Origin: an uncultured delta proteobacterium
Lineage (GTDB): Bacteria > Myxococcota_A > UBA9160 > SMWR01
NCBI GenBank assembly: GCA_963832165.1
Contig: CAWHTE010000011.1
Coordinates: 704,001-768,000 of the forward strand
Length of the DNA stretch: 64,000 nucleotides
Direction of reading: 5' to 3'
A program made the position numbers and the translations under genes. This document shows positions 58,545-64,000 of the stretch, one piece after another. The notes under the pieces were generated by a model. The model ran no database searches, was not told the DNA's origin, and was given only the letters and a program-made list of their open reading frames with translations. Positions within the stretch are counted from its first letter, which is position 1, and every line of letters starts with the position of its first letter.

Positions 58545-60730
58545 GCCCTGCGCCGCAGCGCGAGGCGTGCGAGCGCGGGTTCGCGGCGCTGTCCGTTGCG
58601 GACGAAGATCGCGCGCGCGCGCTCGCGAACCTCTCGCAATGGCTGGAAGGCACGGCGTTTCGCGACTACCGCCCGCAGCTCGACTGGATGATCGAGTCGC
58701 GTCACTTCGAAGACCTGCTCGACAGCTTCTTCCGCGTGCTGCCGTTCGGCACGGGCGGGCGCCGCGGCCCGGTCGGAATCGGCACCAATCGCTTCAACCC
58801 GTTCACGCTCGCGAGCTCGGTGCAGGGTCACGCGGAGTTCCTGCGCCGCTACGAGCCCGGCGACGAGCACTCGGTGGTGGTCGTGTACGACGTGCGCGCG
58901 TTCCACGACCTGCGGAAGGTCTACAACCCCGCGATCGAGAATCCCGTCGCAGGCCTCAGCTCGCGCGACTTCGCGCGGATCGCGGCCGAGGTGTATGCGG
59001 CGATGGGCGTGCGCGTGTTCTTCCCGGAGCAGGGGTACGTCTCCACTCCGGAGCTCTCGTTTGCGATCCGGCGGCTCGGTGCGACGGCGGGCCTCAACAT
59101 CTCGGCGTCGCACAACCACCCCGACGACAACGGCGGAAAGTTCTACAACGCGCACGGCGCGCAGCACGTGCCGCCGCGCGACGAGGATCTCGCCGCGCTC
59201 GTGGACGCCGTTCGAGAGATCCGCCGCATGCCGTTCGACGAGGCGCGCAGTGCGGGGTGGATCGCGCCGATTCCGGCCGATCAGCACAAGGCCTACGTGG
59301 ATCTGAACGTGGGCCAGTCGCTCGCGCCGCGCGCGCGCCGCGCGCGCATCGTGTTCACGCCGCTGAACGGAACTGGAGGCAGCACGGTCGGTGCCGTGTT
59401 GGCTGCGGCCGGCTTCCACGTCGAGAGCGTGCCCGAGGAGGCGGAGCCCGACGGCCAGTTCCCCGCGGTGCCGTTCCGCGCGCCCAACCCCGAGGTGCGC
59501 GAATCGATGGAGCGCGCCGTGCGCGTCGCGCGGCGGAGCGGCGCCGATCTCGTGATGGCGTGCGATCCCGACGCCGACCGGATCGGCATCTGCGCGCGCG
59601 CGGCCGATGGCAGCTACCACTTCGTGAATGGCAACGAGATCGCGGCGCTCGTCGCCCACTACAAGCTCGAGAAGCTCGCTGCGCTCGGGCGGTTGCCGCG
59701 GCGGCCGCTGCTGGTCAAGACCGAGGTCACCACGGAGCTGCTCGCGGCGATCGCGCGCAAGTTCGGTGCGACGCTGATCGGCGATCTGCTCGTGGGCTTC
59801 AAATATCACGGCAACGTGCTCGAGCAGATCGAGCGCGGTGATCATCCGGGCGGGTTCGCGCTCGACGACTTCGTCGCGGGCGTCGAGGAGAGCCACGGCG
59901 TGCTCGTGACGCCCGAGATCCGCGACAAGGACGCCGCGGGCGCGGCGATCCTGCTCGCCGAGCTCACCTCCGAGCTCGTGGAGCAGGGCAGCACGCTCGT
60001 CGAATACCTCGACCGGATCTATCTGGAGCTCGGCTACTTCGCGAACCGGCTCACGTCGACCGTGATGACGGGCGCGACCGGCCTCGCCCACATCCGGCGG
60101 ATCCAGGCCGCGCTGCGCAAGTCGCCGCCGGCCGAGCTGGCCGGAATGCGTGTGGTCGAAGCGATCGACCATCTCGACGAGTCGGGTCCGCGCGGCCGCC
60201 TGCTCTCCGAGACCGACGCCGCCTCTCGCGATGTGCTCGTGTTCCGGCTCGAAGGCGGGGCGCGCGCGGTCCTGCGCCCCTCCGGCACCGAGCCCAAGAA
60301 CAAGGCGTACGTCGAGGTGCCGCTGCCGGCGCTGGGTCTCTCCGCGGGCAGCGAAGCGCTCGCGCGTCAGCGGGCGGAAGGCGACGAGCGCACGCTCGAG
60401 ATCGCCGACTCGCTCTCGCAGCAGATGCTGCGCGTGATCGGCGTCGACCTGCCGCGCTATGCACTGCGCGTGTCGGGACTGGTTGCGCTCGACAAGCGCA
60501 TCGACTTCGCGCACCGCTTCGTGCCCGCACTCGTCGAGCGCGCGCGTGCGAACCCGACCCCCGCAGCGCTGGGCAGCTGGATCGACAGCGAGCTCGAGAG
60601 CTACGGCAAGGACGCGCGCGGCCTGACCGCGGACGCCATCCGCGCATTTCTCGCGCAGGAGCGCGCAGCGGCCAGCACGTCTGGTGCAGTGCTCGACGCG
60701 ATCGAGCGCGCGTTCTTCGCGGGGGCGTAG
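58541..60730 (+). CDS. pgm: Phosphoglucomutase/phosphomannomutase family
   Basis: FGTGGRRG, SASHN (phospho-Ser), DPDADR, VGFKY, EESHG, RPSGTEPK. Confidence 0.93.
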   Translation: MSPAPQREACERGFAALSVADEDRARALANLSQWLEGTAFRDYRPQLDWMIESRHFEDLLDSFFRVLPFGTGGRRGPVGIGTNRFNPFTLASSVQGHAEFLRRYEPGDEHSVVVVYDVRAFHDLRKVYNPAIENPVAGLSSRDFARIAAEVYAAMGVRVFFPEQGYVSTPELSFAIRRLGATAGLNISASHNHPDDNGGKFYNAHGAQHVPPRDEDLAALVDAVREIRRMPFDEARSAGWIAPIPADQHKAYVDLNVGQSLAPRARRARIVFTPLNGTGGSTVGAVLAAAGFHVESVPEEAEPDGQFPAVPFRAPNPEVRESMERAVRVARRSGADLVMACDPDADRIGICARAADGSYHFVNGNEIAALVAHYKLEKLAALGRLPRRPLLVKTEVTTELLAAIARKFGATLIGDLLVGFKYHGNVLEQIERGDHPGGFALDDFVAGVEESHGVLVTPEIRDKDAAGAAILLAELTSELVEQGSTLVEYLDRIYLELGYFANRLTSTVMTGATGLAHIRRIQAALRKSPPAELAGMRVVEAIDHLDESGPRGRLLSETDAASRDVLVFRLEGGARAVLRPSGTEPKNKAYVEVPLPALGLSAGSEALARQRAEGDERTLEIADSLSQQMLRVIGVDLPRYALRVSGLVALDKRIDFAHRFVPALVERARANPTPAALGSWIDSELESYGKDARGLTADAIRAFLAQERAAASTSGAVLDAIERAFFAGA

Positions 60731-60810
60731 GGCGGGAGGCCGGCCTTGCCTGGCTTTTTCGCGCGCTACACTGATCGGGGTCAATGCCCCCCCACGGAGG
60801 TGGTGGGATC

Positions 60811-60972
60811 ATGGCACTCTCGAAGCATTTGGTGATCGCTCCCTGGCTGCGGCGCTATTGGGCGCTCATGGTTGCGGGGCTGCTGGTTCTGTTCATCGCG
60901 GGCGGCGCATCGATGGCGCACTTCGCGCGCGACCGATCAGCTCCGCCGCCCGTCTCGGCTCCGCCGCGCTAG
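60811..60972 (+). CDS. Possible small single-TM protein (53 aa)
   Basis: GGAGG upstream; hydrophobic YWALMVAGLLVLFIAGG segment. Confidence 0.4.
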   Translation: MALSKHLVIAPWLRRYWALMVAGLLVLFIAGGASMAHFARDRSAPPPVSAPPR

Positions 60973-62588
60973 GCCGGCGAGCGGGCCGGGAACAGGACGC
61001 GGAAGCGCGTGCCATCGCCCACGCGCGAATCGACCTCGATTCCGCCCTCGTGGCCGCGCACGATCCCGAGCACCGCGGCGAGGCCGAGCCCGCGCCCCGT
61101 GAACTTCGTGGTGAAGAACGGATCGAAGATGCGCGCGAGCGTGTCCGGCGTCATGCCACAGCCCGTGTCCTCGACCTCGATGAACACGTAGCGGCCGGGC
61201 GGGAGCGCCTCGCCGAGCCCGGCCACCTGGCTCGGCAGCGGCTCGGTGAGCTCGGTCTCCCCGGTGCGGATCGCGATCACGGCCGGACCGGGTCCCAGCG
61301 CCTCGAGCGCGTTGCTGACGAGGTTCGTCACGACCTGGCCGATCTGGGTCGCATCGCCCTCGACGCTCGCGAGGCCCTTGGGCAGCTCGTAGCGCATCTG
61401 CACGCTCTCGGGAGCGCCGTCGCCGATCAGCCGCGCCATCTCGTCGACCACCTGGGAGAGATCGACGGGATCGGTGCGCGGCGCCTCGGCTCCCGCGTGC
61501 GCGAGCATCTTGCGCGTGAGGTCGGCGGCGCGCTGCGCAGCGCGCAGGATCCGCTCGAAGCGCTCGCGCATCGGTGAGCTCGCGGGAAGGTCGCCCAACG
61601 CGAGGCGCGACTCGCCGATGATCGGCGTGAGCAGGTTGTTGAAGTCGTGCGCGATACCGCCCGCGAGAACGCCGAGGCTCTCGAGGCGCTGCGCCTGCTG
61701 CATCCGCACCTCGAGCGCGCGCCGCTCGTCCTCCTCGCGGCGCCGCTCGCTGAAGTCGCGCGCCACCGCGATGAACCGGCGCTCGCCATCCGCGCTCTCG
61801 TAGCTGAGGCCCGTGCATTCGTACCAGATCCAGTGTCCGTCGTGTCGGCGCATCCGGAACGGTTTGAGCTCCACGGTCTCCCCGGTCAGGAACGAGTGGC
61901 GCAGCTCCTTCTCCACGCGCGCTTGGTCTTCCGGGTGCACCGCGGTGAACATCGACAGTGCGGACTCGTCGGCGGACGACAGGCCGAACAGCTCGCGCAT
62001 CACACCGGTCGTGAACGTGTTGCGCCCCTTCCCGTCGACCTCGATGACCGCGTTGCGGCTCGCGCGCACGATCACGCGATAGCGCGCCTCGCTCTCGCGC
62101 AGCTGTGCCCACGCCTCCTGGCGCGCGGTGACGTCGCAGAGGATCGAGACGCTGTGGATGCGTCCATCCCTCGCGCGGAAGCGAGCCGCGGAGACCGCCT
62201 CGAAGTGCACCCAGCTGCCGTTCCGGTGGCGCGCCCGAAGCTGCACGCGACCGGGTGCGGCGCCATTGCCCATCGCGCGCGAGACCTCCACGAGGCGCTC
62301 GAGGTCGTCCGGGTGCACGCGATCGCCCACGTAGATCCCGCGGAACTCCTCGGGCCGGTAGCCGGTGATCTCCTCGATGTTCGGGCTCACGAACTGGATG
62401 CGCGCATCCTGATCGATCTCGACCATCACCGCGCGCGCCTGCACGAGCGTCCAGACCAGGCGCTCATCGCGCTCCGCAGCGGTGAGCCAGGTCGAGTCGG
62501 GGGCCAGGGGATCGGCGCGATCTGCGGGCAGGCGCTCGCGCAGGTCCGCGAGCTGGGACAGGATCTGCTGGATGGTTCGGTCAGGCAT
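60969..62588 (-). CDS. Cytoplasmic PAS-PAS sensor histidine kinase
   Basis: Two PAS domains (VHPDD, VHPED), GIAHDFNNLL, NLVSNA, DTGCGM, FDPFFTTK, GLGLA. Confidence 0.95.
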   Translation of the reverse strand: MPDRTIQQILSQLADLRERLPADRADPLAPDSTWLTAAERDERLVWTLVQARAVMVEIDQDARIQFVSPNIEEITGYRPEEFRGIYVGDRVHPDDLERLVEVSRAMGNGAAPGRVQLRARHRNGSWVHFEAVSAARFRARDGRIHSVSILCDVTARQEAWAQLRESEARYRVIVRASRNAVIEVDGKGRNTFTTGVMRELFGLSSADESALSMFTAVHPEDQARVEKELRHSFLTGETVELKPFRMRRHDGHWIWYECTGLSYESADGERRFIAVARDFSERRREEDERRALEVRMQQAQRLESLGVLAGGIAHDFNNLLTPIIGESRLALGDLPASSPMRERFERILRAAQRAADLTRKMLAHAGAEAPRTDPVDLSQVVDEMARLIGDGAPESVQMRYELPKGLASVEGDATQIGQVVTNLVSNALEALGPGPAVIAIRTGETELTEPLPSQVAGLGEALPPGRYVFIEVEDTGCGMTPDTLARIFDPFFTTKFTGRGLGLAAVLGIVRGHEGGIEVDSRVGDGTRFRVLFPARSPA

Positions 62589-62626
62589 CCGGCCCCTGGG
62601 AGCACCCCCGGCTGATTAGTCATTCT

Positions 62627-64000
62627 ATGGACCGTTCGCCGCACGAGTCAATCCGTTCACCCCGGGCAGAGCACGCCTTTGGCGCCTGCGCGGCGCTGGC
62701 GCTGTTCGCGCTCGGCACCGTCCTGTACGCGCGCACGCTGCACTACCCGTTTCTGAACTGGGACGATCCCTACTACATCCTCGACAACCCGTGGATCCGA
62801 GGGCTCTCGCTGGAGCATCTCCGGGAGATCTTCACGCGTCCGGTGTTGGGCGGCATCCTACCCGTGCACCTGCTCTCGTACCTGCTCGATCACGCGCTCT
62901 GGGAGCTCGACCCGTTCGGCTACCACCTGCAGTCCGTGCTCCTGAACGCCATCAACGGCGCGTTGGCGTTCTGGGTGATCGCGCGGATCACGGACCGGCG
63001 CGACGTGGCGCTTGTCGCCGCGGCCCTGTTCACGGTCCATCCCTCGCACGTCGAGGCGGTCGCCTGGGTCTCCTCGCGCAAGGATCTCCTGTACACGGCG
63101 TTCCTGCTGCTCTCGACGCTCGCGTACGTGCGGGCGCGACGCGACGCGGTATTCCATCGGCGCGCCTACGCGGCTTCGATTGCGCTATTCGGCCTGGGCC
63201 TGCTCTCGAAGACCACGATCAGCGCTTATCCGCTGTTCTTTCTGCTGCTGGACGTGGCGCTCGACGCGCGCCTGCCCGCGGCGCAGCGGCGCAGGCTCGC
63301 CTTCCACCTCTTCACCAAGGTTCCGTACCTCGCGATGGCGGCGGTGTGGGTGTGGGTCAACGTCACCACGCAGATCGTCGACCCCTTGAGCGGGCACCCG
63401 CTGGCGTACGCGCTCGTGAAGGGCCAGGCCGCCTGGCGCTACGGCTGGCTTCTGCTGGGCCTCTTGCCCGGCCAGCCCGACTACGACCTGCCGCTGATCA
63501 GCTATCAGCCGGTCGTGGCCGCCATGACGCTCGCACCACTCGTCGTGACGCCCCTCTTGATCGGGTTCGCGCTCGTGCGCGGACACACGAGCGCAGCGCT
63601 CGCGCTGGGTTGGCTCGCCGTGGGCCTGCTGCCGCCGATCGCTTTTCCGTTGATCTCGTTCATCGCCGACCGCTATCTCTACGCTCCGTCGCTGGGCTTC
63701 TGTTGGCTGATCGCGATCGGTGTCGCGCGGATCGCGGGAGCCATGAAGTCGCCCGTGTGGCGGTCGGCGGTGCTCGCAGCCTTCACCGCGGTGCCAGCCC
63801 TCTGGTTCGCCCTGCACGCCTGGAACTACACCCCCACGTGGCGCGACAGCGTGACGATCTGGACCTACGCGGCGCAGCACAGCCGCTACGGAATCGCTCG
63901 GGTCGGCCTCATACGGACGCTTTACGATGAAGGGCGTCTCGACGAGGCGCTCAGCGTCGCGGATCAGGCGCTCGCAGCGGTCGATGACGAGAACAGCCTC
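62627..64000 (+). CDS. Second TMTC-like GT-C membrane glycosyltransferase, partial
   Basis: Manual translation: NWDDPYYILDNP, HPSHVEAVAWVSSRKDLL, ADRYLYAP, WRDSVTIW; paralog of 13020-14738. Confidence 0.85.
   Translation, partial: MDRSPHESIRSPRAEHAFGACAALALFALGTVLYARTLHYPFLNWDDPYYILDNPWIRGLSLEHLREIFTRPVLGGILPVHLLSYLLDHALWELDPFGYHLQSVLLNAINGALAFWVIARITDRRDVALVAAALFTVHPSHVEAVAWVSSRKDLLYTAFLLLSTLAYVRARRDAVFHRRAYAASIALFGLGLLSKTTISAYPLFFLLLDVALDARLPAAQRRRLAFHLFTKVPYLAMAAVWVWVNVTTQIVDPLSGHPLAYALVKGQAAWRYGWLLLGLLPGQPDYDLPLISYQPVVAAMTLAPLVVTPLLIGFALVRGHTSAALALGWLAVGLLPPIAFPLISFIADRYLYAPSLGFCWLIAIGVARIAGAMKSPVWRSAVLAAFTAVPALWFALHAWNYTPTWRDSVTIWTYAAQHSRYGIARVGLIRTLYDEGRLDEALSVADQALAAVDDENSL

Noticed and set aside
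60731..60760. Intrinsic terminator after pgm
   Set aside because: Imperfect stem and T-run separated from it by 4 nt; too weak to call

Overview
64-kb window from a high-GC diderm bacterium. TonB-dependent receptor, lipoproteins, PEP-CTERM-like tails and an ACAD/SDR/amidohydrolase/P450-rich gene set suggest a Myxococcota/deltaproteobacteria-like lineage (inference). Most of it is densely coding catabolic and envelope genes: two divergent acyl-CoA dehydrogenase pairs; a TBDR-TPR-barrel-sulfatase-like-GT-C operon; a LuxC/LuxE-like cluster with P450, MaoC pair and luciferase-like monooxygenase; a GH20 surface protein; an IorAB-like molybdoenzyme with MocA/XdhC; and yvcK-pgm. The standout is a compact foreign element at about 33.9-37.15 kb. 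It ends in a 28-nt tmRNA/tRNA-Ala-type 3' fragment (att site) and carries a frameshifted tyrosine integrase, a Cys-rich gene with an in-frame TAG and a 99-aa basic orphan. It also has an ~700-nt AT-richer non-coding tract tiled with back-to-back hairpins and a 55-56-bp periodic motif, a candidate large structured ncRNA. Five single-base frameshifts suggest uncorrected long-read indels, so pseudogene calls are provisional. All calls come from motif reading only; no searches were run.
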